From the NCBI GenBank assembly GCA_039683575.1, contig JBDKRC010000235.1:1-64000 (forward strand): 64,000 nt of DNA. Direction: 5' to 3'. Positions 9,558-19,709 of this stretch are shown one piece after another. The notes beneath the pieces were generated by a model that was not told the origin of the DNA, did not search any database, and was given only the letters and a program-made list of their open reading frames with translations. This DNA is from Armatimonadia bacterium. Its GTDB lineage: Bacteria; Armatimonadota; Zipacnadia; Zipacnadales; UBA11051. The translations under genes were made by a program, and so were the position numbers. Each line of letters opens with the position of its first letter. Within the stretch, counting starts at the first letter, position 1.

Positions 9558-12500
9558 CAGTCGACCTCCAGACGATGCTCGCTGACTGTGAACCGTTGCT
9601 GGTGGAACATACGGTTGGTCCGCAGCCGCACCAGGATCAGGTCTGGGCCGGTCTCGGGTGGGTAGGCATGCAAGAGCTGACCCTTGAAGCGCTCCAGACG
9701 GTCGGCGTAGCACGCCTGTAGCTGCCGACTGATCTCACCTCGCTGGCGTGCCATAACGTAGTCGAGGAAAGACAGGTTCAACACCAAACACACCGGCTCA
9801 AGCCCGTGCTCACTAGTGAGTTCCAGCTCTCGCCTCTTGGCGCCACTCCCTCCGTCCACCGTCTGCAACGACAGGTCGAAGTCACTCGTGGGCACCGAGG
9901 TCAGGACAATCTGGGCGCTTTGGCGCACCTGAGACGAGCGACGGCTCAAGGTCATATGCAGTCTCTCATCAGGCAGAGGCCCCTCGGGCAGGCGTACACC
10001 GGTAAGGTGCTCTTGCAGCACCTGGAATAGCCGTGTCTGCAGGAGCTTGCGCTCACGGTAGTCCAGTTGGGTCGCCTGCTGCCATGCGGCATGCCGGATG
10101 ATCATGGGCGAATCGAGGTATGCCGTGAGGTAGCGCTCGCTTTCATCTTCGTCAAAGGCGTAGAGGAAGAACAGGACCCGGCGAGCCTGCTCGCGAGCAA
10201 CCGCCTGCGCCTCCTCCTCCGTGATCCCCCTACCGGCGCCCGCGTCGCATAGCTGTTGGAAGACATCCTGCAGTCCCTCGATCACCAAGGGGGTATTGCG
10301 TGTCTCTATCGACTGCCACAGGCGGCGTTCCCACGCCGCACAGAGCCGACGGCCGAACCCTTGAGCCCGCGCCAGGCGCACGGCCTGCAGCTGCAGGGCC
10401 GGGAGATCGATGTTCCTTCCGTCGTCGCCGAAAAACCTGTTGAAGAACATATATTCCGGTCCCGGCGAGGAGGCCGATCTGGCGACCATCGAGGCCGCCT
10501 GCGCACAACTGAGCCCGGAGGTCAGCATATATGCCAGGTGAGCCGACGCCTGCCGGAGGGTGAGACGCGCGCCGTACTCATACATACGGCGGTATGCCAG
10601 CAGAAGACGCTGGGTTACGAGACCGGGATGCTGCTGCAACAGTGCGGCATTCTGACGGATGGGGCATCCGCTTCGGCATGCCTTCCCCTCGCAGTCATCC
10701 CAGTTCGCGGGCTCCAGGAGACGGCGGAACAGCCTCTCCACCAGCGGGAGGTTGTCCATCTTGGAAAGGTTGATGATCTGTAGCGGGACCCCGTGGAAGT
10801 GCAGTGGCCTTGGTCCCGCCTGCTCCAGCGCGGTCAGAAGTGCGCTCTCGGTCTCCCGCCAGTCCGCCTTCAGCGCCTGCTCGTGCTGCCGGAAGGTCTC
10901 CAGCAAGGTACCGCTGTTCGAGACCAGCAGGAAGCGAGGCCCCCCCGCGGCCAGCATCTCCGCCAGCAACTCCGCACGCTCTTCCCCGTCCCACTCGCTT
11001 AGGTCCTTTACGAGCGACGTGTCCAATGCTTCGACTTGGCTGTCTTCCCTGCGTTCTAGGGGCGCCTGCAGCGGGCGATGGAGGTGCTGGTTGCGGAACC
11101 GCTTCAGGCATTGCAGCAGGATGATGGACTTGCCGTCTCCAGCGTGGCCCGTTAGGACCACATGTGTCCGTGTTTCTCCTAGCAGAAGCTCGTTGATGAC
11201 ATCCGCCAGAGGGTGGGCAACCTGTACCGATCCGAACAACGGGTTGGTCGCCTGCGACTCGGCCAGAGAGTTCTTGCTGCCACCCCGGCGACAGTGCAGG
11301 CTGTTGAGGTAGGCAACGAAGGCGTTGCCCTCAGGCTGCTCCTGTTCGAGCTGCGGGCCGGAGAACGGTGCAATCTGCTCGGGTTGATCACCGCGGGCTA
11401 TTTCAGTCGGGGCTTCCCGGTCTGTGCGGGTTGGTTGCACGTCTCGTATGGGGGTGAGAGCCGCTTCCTCGCGTTCGGGCACTCCAAGGGGCGCCAGATC
11501 GGCCGCGGGTGTCTCAGCGCTCGCTTCGACCTGCTCTGCTTCGACCTGCGGAAGCGCTCGTTGCAGCGCCCGCAGCATCTCGGCGGCAGTGCCGAAACGC
11601 TTGTTGGCTTCTGTGGCTACAGCCTGGGCGAACCATAGCTCAAGCTCCGGGCCGAGGGCGCGTCGCTCCGGCGGCAGCGGCGCCGGCTGCACGCCAACCT
11701 GCAGCTGCGTGTACGGCGTCCGCCCACAGTACCACTCGAAAAGGGTCACTCCGAGAGCAAACAGATCTCCCTGTTCGCAGTAGTCGCGATCTTGCCCCGA
11801 CCGCAAGTCCGGCGGCACGTAGCCCTCAGTGCCCTGGTATGGCGCAATCTTCGGGAAGCTGGCGCATCCAAAGTCCACGATGACTGGCAGCCGGCTGTCG
11901 GTAAGCAGGATGTTCTCAGGCTTGATGTCGTTGTGCAGGATGGGCTCAGCACCGTCGTCGCCCCGGTGGCCATGCAGGGCCGCCAGCGCTTCCAGGAGCT
12001 GTGTTGCCCAGGCTGCGAACTGATCAAGGTCAGGCAGTAACCCGGCGCTGATCTCGTTCCGCAGACTCCGCTCGGAAAGCCGCTGGAAGGCGATGTAGAA
12101 GCGTCCGTCCCCTTCCCAGGTGCTGTGATTCTCCACCCGGACGATCCCGGGGTGGTGCACGGCTCCGGCAAACTGCTGCTCCTCGAGCCCGTGCCACTGC
12201 GGCACATCTCGGCCAAACAGCTTCACGACCACCAGTCGGCCTCTTGGGCCGACAGCCCGGTACAGTTGCGCCTCTACCCCCTGCTTGATGAGACACTCGA
12301 TCTCGTAGAGGTCATTGCGGGTGCCTGGCTCCAGGACCGGGTTCAGCACGGGAAGCCGCGGTGGGGTATCGTCGCCAGCCAGGCGCGCAAGCACTGCCGC
12401 TGCCGTAGCAAGACGCTGGGAGGGTTCTTGACGGACCAAGTCCGAGACCAACGCGCGCGCCCGTGCGGACACTCCCACCAGGGCCTCCGCTTCAACCTCG

Positions 12501-14218
12501 GCCAAGCCCCCGCCGGTCTTCTCCAGGTCCGTCGAGCAGGCAAACGGCGGCCTGCCCGTAAGCAGCTCGAAGAGAACCACCCCGAGACTGAACAGGTCGG
12601 CCGCCTCAGTGAGGTCCCCTCCGTAGTAGACCTCGGGGGCGATGTAGGGTGATCTGGGCAGTCTCTCGGCGTCCAGAATCACCGTCTGATGCTCCTCCTC
12701 CAGACGATAGGAAAGGTCGAAGTTGGTCAGCTTCGGCACCCCGCCAGCCATCACGACGTTCTCGGGGGAGAGAGCACGATGGATCACGTCTCGCTCGTGA
12801 CTTGCCTGCAGACCCTGAAGCACTCCCTCTGCCACTGTGAGAGCGTCTTGTTCCTGCAGCGGTTCGCGATCCTGAAGCCGGTCTCTAAGCGTTCCACTCT
12901 CCGACCAGTCACTGCCCTCAACCAGGTAGCCCATCTCGCTGGGAATGCGCCAGACCTTGAGAATGTTCGGATGATCCCCGATGGCCAGCACAGATTCGAG
13001 CGCCCCTTGGGCTCGTCTCCAGAGCTCCTCTCTCTCCTCCCCCGAGCCGGGCGGAGGCGGGAAGAACACGCGAAGGCGGCTCAGTCTGCGGCGCCCAGCG
13101 CCGGTTGGCCGGGCAATCACCTCGGCGCGGTCCTCACTCTGGTACAGCCGCTCCACCACCTCATACCCGGGGAACGCGTAGTCGCGGGGCGGGTTGGGGG
13201 TGGTGAGTTCCTCCAGGTAGTCACAGAAGGCCTTGACCTGCGCTTCCTGCAGAATGGTTCCCTTGCGTTCGCGTTGCCGCTTGAGGTAGGCGATCAGTGA
13301 CTTAGTGCCATCGAAGGTAGGATTGCTGGTAGTCGTGTCCGGGTCTGCAGCCCCGTTCACGGTGGCTTCAGGGTTCGTCAGCACTACGACCGACTCCACG
13401 AATACTTCGGGGAATATGGCGAAACCACGGTCGTACATCCCACGAAGCAGCTTGGCCTTGTGCGAGTTGCCAAGGTGCGGATCGGGACGACACGAGGAAC
13501 GGTTCAGCAGCCAGGAGTAGGGACGAATGTCGATCTGCCCGCTCCAATGCTTCAGTTCCACCACGTAGATACCGAACGGGCACACCAGGATCAGATCAGT
13601 CTCAAAATAGCGATTGGACTGGCGGTCGTGGATCTGACGGTTTGCCAGGGCATAGCCAAGTTCCTGGGTAGTCAGGCGCTTGCAGATGTCCTCGATCGCC
13701 GCGGCCTCGTGGGGGAATGCCCCGGGTGATGTCCCAGTCACTATGGTGCCCGCGGGGCCGCCAGCCGCATTGCTCCCCTCCCTGACAGTCGTCAGGCGGC
13801 TGATGATCTCATAATCGACCCGTTGGCGGGTTGCCTCCACTTGAAGAAAATCGAATACTTCGCCGTCCAGTTGAGCGTGGCTTACGAGCTCGCTGAGAGC
13901 TGCCGGCGAGCCAACGGAGGTGGTGCGAGCCAACTCAGCTTCCTTGCCATCACACGGCACAAGTTCCCAAAAGCTGGAGCTGCGGAGGTGGAAGAACGGT
14001 GCCAGCGGCCGGTCTCGATCATTGGGCCCGGCATACGTGGCGAATACCTCGGTGAAGCACTCCCGGAACTCTGCGTTGAAGAACACGCATCCGTCCCGGA
14101 CGCGCCCCCTCCGGATGAGCTCAATCACGGCCAGCATAGCTAAGTACTTGTGCGGCTTGAACATAGGGCCAGGCTGCCCCAGATCCCTGAGCTCGCTGAT
14201 GAAGTCGTCGATGGACAT
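9557..14218 (-). CDS. 1553-aa fusion: PT sulfur-binding-domain-like, NERD nuclease, pseudokinase, Ser/Thr kinase, SspF/DptF-like P-loop region
   Basis: PHKYLAML...PFFHLRSSSFWEL (SBD-like); ETDLILV...VVELKHW (NERD); HRALSPEN/NFD (kinase 1, degenerate); HNDIKPEN/DFG (kinase 2); VVLTGHAGDGKS. Confidence 0.8.
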   Translation of the reverse strand: MSIDDFISELRDLGQPGPMFKPHKYLAMLAVIELIRRGRVRDGCVFFNAEFRECFTEVFATYAGPNDRDRPLAPFFHLRSSSFWELVPCDGKEAELARTTSVGSPAALSELVSHAQLDGEVFDFLQVEATRQRVDYEIISRLTTVREGSNAAGGPAGTIVTGTSPGAFPHEAAAIEDICKRLTTQELGYALANRQIHDRQSNRYFETDLILVCPFGIYVVELKHWSGQIDIRPYSWLLNRSSCRPDPHLGNSHKAKLLRGMYDRGFAIFPEVFVESVVVLTNPEATVNGAADPDTTTSNPTFDGTKSLIAYLKRQRERKGTILQEAQVKAFCDYLEELTTPNPPRDYAFPGYEVVERLYQSEDRAEVIARPTGAGRRRLSRLRVFFPPPPGSGEEREELWRRAQGALESVLAIGDHPNILKVWRIPSEMGYLVEGSDWSESGTLRDRLQDREPLQEQDALTVAEGVLQGLQASHERDVIHRALSPENVVMAGGVPKLTNFDLSYRLEEEHQTVILDAERLPRSPYIAPEVYYGGDLTEAADLFSLGVVLFELLTGRPPFACSTDLEKTGGGLAEVEAEALVGVSARARALVSDLVRQEPSQRLATAAAVLARLAGDDTPPRLPVLNPVLEPGTRNDLYEIECLIKQGVEAQLYRAVGPRGRLVVVKLFGRDVPQWHGLEEQQFAGAVHHPGIVRVENHSTWEGDGRFYIAFQRLSERSLRNEISAGLLPDLDQFAAWATQLLEALAALHGHRGDDGAEPILHNDIKPENILLTDSRLPVIVDFGCASFPKIAPYQGTEGYVPPDLRSGQDRDYCEQGDLFALGVTLFEWYCGRTPYTQLQVGVQPAPLPPERRALGPELELWFAQAVATEANKRFGTAAEMLRALQRALPQVEAEQVEASAETPAADLAPLGVPEREEAALTPIRDVQPTRTDREAPTEIARGDQPEQIAPFSGPQLEQEQPEGNAFVAYLNSLHCRRGGSKNSLAESQATNPLFGSVQVAHPLADVINELLLGETRTHVVLTGHAGDGKSIILLQCLKRFRNQHLHRPLQAPLERREDSQVEALDTSLVKDLSEWDGEERAELLAEMLAAGGPRFLLVSNSGTLLETFRQHEQALKADWRETESALLTALEQAGPRPLHFHGVPLQIINLSKMDNLPLVERLFRRLLEPANWDDCEGKACRSGCPIRQNAALLQQHPGLVTQRLLLAYRRMYEYGARLTLRQASAHLAYMLTSGLSCAQAASMVARSASSPGPEYMFFNRFFGDDGRNIDLPALQLQAVRLARAQGFGRRLCAAWERRLWQSIETRNTPLVIEGLQDVFQQLCDAGAGRGITEEEAQAVAREQARRVLFFLYAFDEDESERYLTAYLDSPMIIRHAAWQQATQLDYRERKLLQTRLFQVLQEHLTGVRLPEGPLPDERLHMTLSRRSSQVRQSAQIVLTSVPTSDFDLSLQTVDGGSGAKRRELELTSEHGLEPVCLVLNLSFLDYVMARQRGEISRQLQACYADRLERFKGQLLHAYPPETGPDLILVRLRTNRMFHQQRFTVSEHRLEVD

Positions 14219-14231
14219 ACCGAATGGCTCC

Positions 14232-15386
14232 TCAAGGTCTGGTCGAGGTCAGCGCGACCGCCGTTGCCAATTCGCCTACCGCGACGGACACATCTTCCGC
14301 AGTGTTGTAGCGACCGAATGAGAGACGAATCGTCTGTTCCGCCTGGGCCCGCGGGAGCCCCATTGCCAGTAGCACGTGGGATGGCGCCAGAGTGCCTGTG
14401 CCGCAGGCCGAGCCCTGGCTGATGCAGATGCCGCTCGCTCGGGAGATGACCAAGTCTGAGGCGCTACCATGGATCGTGATGCTACTGGTCCCAGGCAACC
14501 GCGGAGCACCTGTCCCGTTGACGGCCATACAGTCCAGACGCCCGGCCAATTCCGCCTCAAACCGGTCGCGCAACGCAGCCGTACGATTGGGCTCAGAGGC
14601 GAGGTCGGCGCTGCAAAGGCGGCAGGCTCTCCCGAAACCGACTATGCCTGGTACGTTCAGCGTGCCAGGGCGCAGACCGTCCTCTTGGCCTCCGCCGAAC
14701 TGCAGCGGCGTTAGCAGCGAGCGCATCTCGCCGTCACGGACGTAGAGAGCGCCGACCCCTTTGGGCCCATAGAGTTTGTGCGCGCTGAAGGAGGCCAGAT
14801 GCACTGGTAGCGCATGCAGGTCCAGCGGGACCTTGCCCAGCACCTGGGCGCCATCCGTGTGCATAAAGGCACCGCACCTCCTGGCCAGCTCGCCTATCTC
14901 CGCTACCGGCTGAACCGTCCCAACCTCGTTGTTACCACCCTGCACGGAAACCAAGAGGGTCTTCTCGTCGATCAGAGACGCCGCAGCCTCAAGATCCACA
15001 CTGGCGTTTCGGTCCACGGGCAGCAGGACCACCTGAAAGCCCTGTTCGGCCAGATAGTCGCAAGGCCCAAGGATGGACTTGTGCTCCACCGCGGATACGA
15101 TGATCTTGCGCCGACCGGGGTTAGAGCGAGCCAAGCCCAGCAGGGCCAGGTTGTTGCTCTCTGTGGCCCCGGAGGTGAAGATGATCTGCCCCGGGCTACA
15201 GCCGGCCAGCGCAGCAACTGCTTCGCGGGCGGCCGCCACGGCAGTAGCGGCAGCGCGCCCCATCACGTGCGGGCTGCCGGCATTGCCGAACTCAGTGGTC
15301 AGGAAAGGCAGCATCGCCTCCACGACCTGGGGGGCGCAGCGCGTAGTGGCGTTACAGTCGAGATAGACAGGCGCCTGTCGTTGCAT
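14232..15386 (-). CDS. sspA: Cysteine desulfurase (IscS/NifS; SspA/DndA role)
   Basis: YLDCNATT, FTSGATESNN, SAHKLYGPKG (PLP lysine), SQGSAC (catalytic Cys); located inside the PT operon. ATG taken at 15386. Confidence 0.92.
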   Translation of the reverse strand: MQRQAPVYLDCNATTRCAPQVVEAMLPFLTTEFGNAGSPHVMGRAAATAVAAAREAVAALAGCSPGQIIFTSGATESNNLALLGLARSNPGRRKIIVSAVEHKSILGPCDYLAEQGFQVVLLPVDRNASVDLEAAASLIDEKTLLVSVQGGNNEVGTVQPVAEIGELARRCGAFMHTDGAQVLGKVPLDLHALPVHLASFSAHKLYGPKGVGALYVRDGEMRSLLTPLQFGGGQEDGLRPGTLNVPGIVGFGRACRLCSADLASEPNRTAALRDRFEAELAGRLDCMAVNGTGAPRLPGTSSITIHGSASDLVISRASGICISQGSACGTGTLAPSHVLLAMGLPRAQAEQTIRLSFGRYNTAEDVSVAVGELATAVALTSTRP

Positions 15387-15457
15387 ACAGCAAGTCCTCA
15401 AGGAGATCTCCGCCAGCCTGGCGGGTGCCCACCACGGTTAGCTCCCGATGGGTTCCT

Positions 15458-16288
15458 TCAGAGAGCGCAGATCAGGCAGCCCCGATCTGCGCTGTCGTCC
15501 GCATCGTCGAGTACCTCGCCAAGCGAGACACCGGCGCGGAAGCCGCCTGCACGTTCGCGACGCTGCTCGAACTCAGCCTCGATCTGTGCTACGCGTTCCG
15601 GTCGCGAGAGCTCCTCCAGGCTTTCACCCTGCACCCAGGTGTAGCGCTGTCCTGTGTCAGTGTCGGCCTTCTCATACTCCATCGCCTGCTTGAAGAGACC
15701 CGGGTGTTCTCTCATCAGCCCAACCCACTCGCGGCGTTGCTGGAAGAAGCAGAAGTAGCACCCCGAACGCGAGCGCCAGCGGTAGTAGTCTGGGAGGCCC
15801 AGGCCGCTCTCCTCCAGTATCCGCAGCACACCGGCTCTGTTAATGCCCTCCTCGATGAACGGGAAGCACGCGACTATGTTGGGCTTCGTTGACAGATAGC
15901 CCTTCCTGTGCCGCTCGTCTGCACGAATGCCCACGTAGGTGACGGCGGGGGTCTCACCGATGAACTTCTCAAATGGCTTCAGTTTGAGATACTCCGTGCA
16001 CCACCGGATCTGCGGTGATGGCAGATAGCCACGACGTATGCTGAGGAGGTCATCGAAGCCCATCCCGTCGTGCTTCAGGCGGATGATCGGTCTGCCGAGA
16101 TAGACTTCCAACCGGTCGAGGTAGTCGTACGTCTCGTCAAGCTCCTTGTCCGTATCACAGAACACGTACTCCATATCCGGCATGCGGTCACGCAGGTGGA
16201 TGGCCAGCGCTGTGCTGTCCTTGCCGCCTGAGAGCGAGAGGATATGCCGGGTGTTTCCGGCTTGCTGAGGCGTGCCGCTGTCACTCAT
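15458..16288 (-). CDS. sspD: PAPS-reductase family protein (SspD-like)
   Basis: SLSGGKDS PP-loop, RWCT, GIRADE, SRSGCYFCFFQ and terminal CLIC; ATG 16288 overlaps the upstream stop. Confidence 0.88.
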   Translation of the reverse strand: MSDSGTPQQAGNTRHILSLSGGKDSTALAIHLRDRMPDMEYVFCDTDKELDETYDYLDRLEVYLGRPIIRLKHDGMGFDDLLSIRRGYLPSPQIRWCTEYLKLKPFEKFIGETPAVTYVGIRADERHRKGYLSTKPNIVACFPFIEEGINRAGVLRILEESGLGLPDYYRWRSRSGCYFCFFQQRREWVGLMREHPGLFKQAMEYEKADTDTGQRYTWVQGESLEELSRPERVAQIEAEFEQRRERAGGFRAGVSLGEVLDDADDSADRGCLICAL

Positions 16289-19200
16289 CTTCTGTGGTGT
16301 CTCCGATCTTGCCCGCGGCAAGCTTGAGGGCCGCCTTCACGACATGTGCAGGCAGCTTCGCTATCGCGGGATTGAGCGCTTTCATGATCTTGTCCGACAG
16401 AGCCTGCGCGCGCTGCATCTCGGCGGGCAGGAGTTCCGGCAGGTCCAACGTGGTAACCGAGGCGCTCCGCATCGTAGCGGCTGCGCTTCTCAGCAGAGCC
16501 CCCACCATCTCCGCTGCTTCCGGGAAACGCTTGCGGTCGAGGTCGCTCCAGTTGCGTGGGGGGCGTTGAGCGACAAGCGCAAGCACCGTCTCGACCCCCT
16601 CAGCTGTGTCGTCGACCTCCTGCATACGCGCCAGCAGAGCCGCTAACCGAGGTTCTCTCACCCACGGCCGTAGGCGGTCGCCGAGGCCTCGCAGCTCATC
16701 CCAGCCCGCCTCCCCTGCTGGTAAGTTGCAGGCGCGTAGTAGAGTGTCACGGGCCGAGGCGATGGCTGTAGGCGCGACTGCCCCCCATTCCCGAAGGCAC
16801 CCGTTAAGGCGCTCAAAGAACTTCTGCACCTGGCCGGTTTCCGTCTCGTCAGCCCCGAACGCAGGGAAGCCCAGCGCGCCAGGGAGATCCGCGAAAAGCA
16901 GTTGCTCCGGGGATCGTGCCGCGGCAAAGGCCTCGCGCAGAGCAACTACCGGCGCGCTCAGTTCCTGAGTGTGCCAGGCCAGTTCCGGGAGGCTGCGCAC
17001 CATCCGGAACAAGGCCCGCACCACCGGCAGAGTCGCTGAGTTCACCTGCAGACTGCGAGCCAGTCGCCCTACCACCTCCGCGCGGGCGCCTGTAACCTGC
17101 CCACCCGCTATGGCGTACAGCTCCGGCCTGCGCATAAGCACTTCGAAGTCCGCGATGCCGACCTCCGGAAGGAATGTGCCTTCGCGGTACAGTGTCGTCT
17201 CATCTGGGTAAGCCAGCATAAAGGCACACAGCAGCACCGGGTGCAGGCCCTCTGGTACGCCAATGGGCGGGGCGGCCAAGCCGGCGAAGAGTCCATCGAG
17301 TTGGACCGGCTCCAGCCCATCGGCCAGAATCTGCCGGTCTAGGAACTCCCAGACCGAAGCGAGAGCAGCATCGCTCGTACGGTCGGGAGGGTGGAAGCCC
17401 CAGCGGCACGAGTCGTCCTCTCGGTGCAAGCCGGTGACCAGAAGGACGGACTCGTACATGCTGCGCTCAGGAGGGTAGCCTTCAAGCCCCAACAGGGGCT
17501 CCCCCGCTCGCGTCAGCATCCTCTCGATCAGGTTGCGGCGGGCAGCGGTTGCGGCCGCGGACAGAGTCCTCCTTGCGATGAGCTCGTTGCGGATGCGTGG
17601 TGACTTGGGGAAGAGGCTGTCACAGACGTCTGAGACCAGCTTGGACACGTCAGTGGGTGTGCGGACGGCCTTCTGCTGTCCGCCCCAGAACCAGAGACAC
17701 TGGCTGCCACGCGGCGCCGGCCGTGGATCCAGGAGGCCATCGAGGTCCCGCAGCAATACCTGCTCCGCCTCGCTGATGCGGATTGAGATCTCTCGACGGG
17801 CCACTCGGTCGTCGCGAAGCTCTGGGGTGTTGTCCCAGACCCAACGCAGCGCAGCTAGCTCCTGAACAGCCGCTCGCAGCTCACCTATCTCTTGCGGCAC
17901 CGCCACCAACAGGTCGTGCCGCGCCCCGGCACCGGCCGTGGCGACGGCGACGAACTCATCAGACCGCTTGAGCGAATAGGCCAGGCACACTGCGACGTGG
18001 GCGGGGGCCGTCTCGGAGGCTTTCCAGTCCAGAGACAGTTCAGATGGGTCGTCGAGGTAAGCCACGGCCAAGTGCCGCAAGGCGCCAGTCTCGAAGCTGT
18101 GCCGGCGTGCGACCAAAGGACGCGGGGGCAGGTAGTGCCTGATGTTCTCCGCCAGGCTGAGCCTGTCCCGCGTGTGGGTAGCGCCCTGCTCAAGACGCTC
18201 ATCGATGTCGACGTCACTGCCTTCCCAGATCTGAAAGGCGTCTGTGAATGTGCGGAACGTCAGGACAGACTTCTCACGCAACTGAGCGAGGCTGTCTTCT
18301 AGTTTTGCCGGCGGCTTGGTCTGGTCTGAGAGAACGAGTGAAAGTACCTGCTGATGGGCCTGTAGGTGGCTGAACTCGCCCAGAGCATTGAGGATCCCCG
18401 TTGACTTCACGAGCGCCTTGTGGAGATCGGTCAGGTCGCTTCTGCGGTCAAGCACGTCCACAGCCTCAAGCCAACGCTTCGCCTGCGGGTGCCGGTACAG
18501 GCCGGTCCCGAAGTTCGCGACGAAGTAGTCGAAAAGGTCAGGTAGCCGGACGAAGGCAGGCGTCCCCCCCTCCGCTGTGTGAGCCCGGAGAAAGTCCTGC
18601 AAGGCATACGGTTCCTGGCTGCTCAGATAGGCGAAGAGAGAGCGTTCGTTCTGCGCAAAGCGCCGGAACAGGTAGGGCAAGGCCACTAACGTAACGGGAT
18701 GGAGTGGATAGGCTCTGACGGCCAGGCGCTCGAAGTCGCGGGGGGGCATCCCCGGAGGAGCGACGACTGGTGCGGCGGCGCGCGCCACCGCCTGCACTCG
18801 CTTCGCCAGTGACGCCGGCAGTTCCCGCCCGGTCGGCCGGAGAGCGCTCGCGATCATCCGCACAACCTGATCAACCGGCTCGAGGAACGGAACGTCGTGG
18901 AAGCGCCCGCCTATCTTCTCCCATTCGCGACGGGTTACCGCATCCAGGTGCTGGCCGTATTCCTCGAACGCCTGATGCAGGAAGCCGAGGAAGAGAACTG
19001 GCTCGACGCCGCTGCGGCTGGCGTATTCGGCGAGTTCCTGCAGCACGAACACATCACCGCGCCGAGGGTCTCGGGCTGCGTACTCGAAGAGCTTGCCCAG
19101 CTCGTCAACAATGACTAGGAGGCCTGTGTAACCTTGTGCTCGGGCAACAGCGGCCAGCTCCTGCAGGGCACCGACGACGTCCCGGCTGTCGGCAAAGGCC

Positions 19201-19709
19201 CCCGCTTGCAGGGCCTTCAGCAGCGCGGCCAAACGCTTCCTTAGTCGCGCGGTAGCGGCGCCCTCCAGCCCTGCGATAGCAGCCAACATGCCCTGTAGCA
19301 GGCAGGCCGCAGCCGGAGCCCGCCGGGCCGTCACCAGCACTGGCAGCATAGTGCCGTTGCCATTGGCGCGAAGGCATCCTTGAGCAAGAGTCTCGGCGAG
19401 GTCGGGGGCAGCCAGCAAAAGCTTCTGCCTCGCCTGGTCCCCTGCGGCGTCTTTGAGGCAGAGCAGGCGCGTCAGGAACACGGCGAAGGCTGATTTGCCG
19501 ACGCCATAGGGGCCGGTAATCGTCCAGGCTCGCGCTACGGAGCCCTCACTTAGCCCCTCTGCGAGACGGTGCAAGGCCTGCCGTGCATTGGCCGTCAGGA
19601 CATAGTCGCCGTTAGTACCGTTGCCGCGCGCATCCTGCTCGAGGCTAACCGACCGCAGGAACCTACGCCCGACCTCCACGTACTGATCCAGCGACTTCTG
19701 CATCTCCAT
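16281..19709 (-). CDS. sspC: 1142-aa P-loop ATPase (SspC-like)
   Basis: ITGPYGVGKS Walker A, LLVIVDELGK Walker B, AYPLHP and AQNERSLF motifs; lies between the DUF4007 and PAPS-reductase genes. Confidence 0.8.
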   Translation of the reverse strand: MEMQKSLDQYVEVGRRFLRSVSLEQDARGNGTNGDYVLTANARQALHRLAEGLSEGSVARAWTITGPYGVGKSAFAVFLTRLLCLKDAAGDQARQKLLLAAPDLAETLAQGCLRANGNGTMLPVLVTARRAPAAACLLQGMLAAIAGLEGAATARLRKRLAALLKALQAGAFADSRDVVGALQELAAVARAQGYTGLLVIVDELGKLFEYAARDPRRGDVFVLQELAEYASRSGVEPVLFLGFLHQAFEEYGQHLDAVTRREWEKIGGRFHDVPFLEPVDQVVRMIASALRPTGRELPASLAKRVQAVARAAAPVVAPPGMPPRDFERLAVRAYPLHPVTLVALPYLFRRFAQNERSLFAYLSSQEPYALQDFLRAHTAEGGTPAFVRLPDLFDYFVANFGTGLYRHPQAKRWLEAVDVLDRRSDLTDLHKALVKSTGILNALGEFSHLQAHQQVLSLVLSDQTKPPAKLEDSLAQLREKSVLTFRTFTDAFQIWEGSDVDIDERLEQGATHTRDRLSLAENIRHYLPPRPLVARRHSFETGALRHLAVAYLDDPSELSLDWKASETAPAHVAVCLAYSLKRSDEFVAVATAGAGARHDLLVAVPQEIGELRAAVQELAALRWVWDNTPELRDDRVARREISIRISEAEQVLLRDLDGLLDPRPAPRGSQCLWFWGGQQKAVRTPTDVSKLVSDVCDSLFPKSPRIRNELIARRTLSAAATAARRNLIERMLTRAGEPLLGLEGYPPERSMYESVLLVTGLHREDDSCRWGFHPPDRTSDAALASVWEFLDRQILADGLEPVQLDGLFAGLAAPPIGVPEGLHPVLLCAFMLAYPDETTLYREGTFLPEVGIADFEVLMRRPELYAIAGGQVTGARAEVVGRLARSLQVNSATLPVVRALFRMVRSLPELAWHTQELSAPVVALREAFAAARSPEQLLFADLPGALGFPAFGADETETGQVQKFFERLNGCLREWGAVAPTAIASARDTLLRACNLPAGEAGWDELRGLGDRLRPWVREPRLAALLARMQEVDDTAEGVETVLALVAQRPPRNWSDLDRKRFPEAAEMVGALLRSAAATMRSASVTTLDLPELLPAEMQRAQALSDKIMKALNPAIAKLPAHVVKAALKLAAGKIGDTTEDE

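Noticed and set aside
14232-16288. Housekeeping Fe-S or sulfate assimilation genes (iscS, cysH)
   Set aside because: No isc/suf/cys neighbours; coupling to DUF4007 and ATPase genes points to PT modification.
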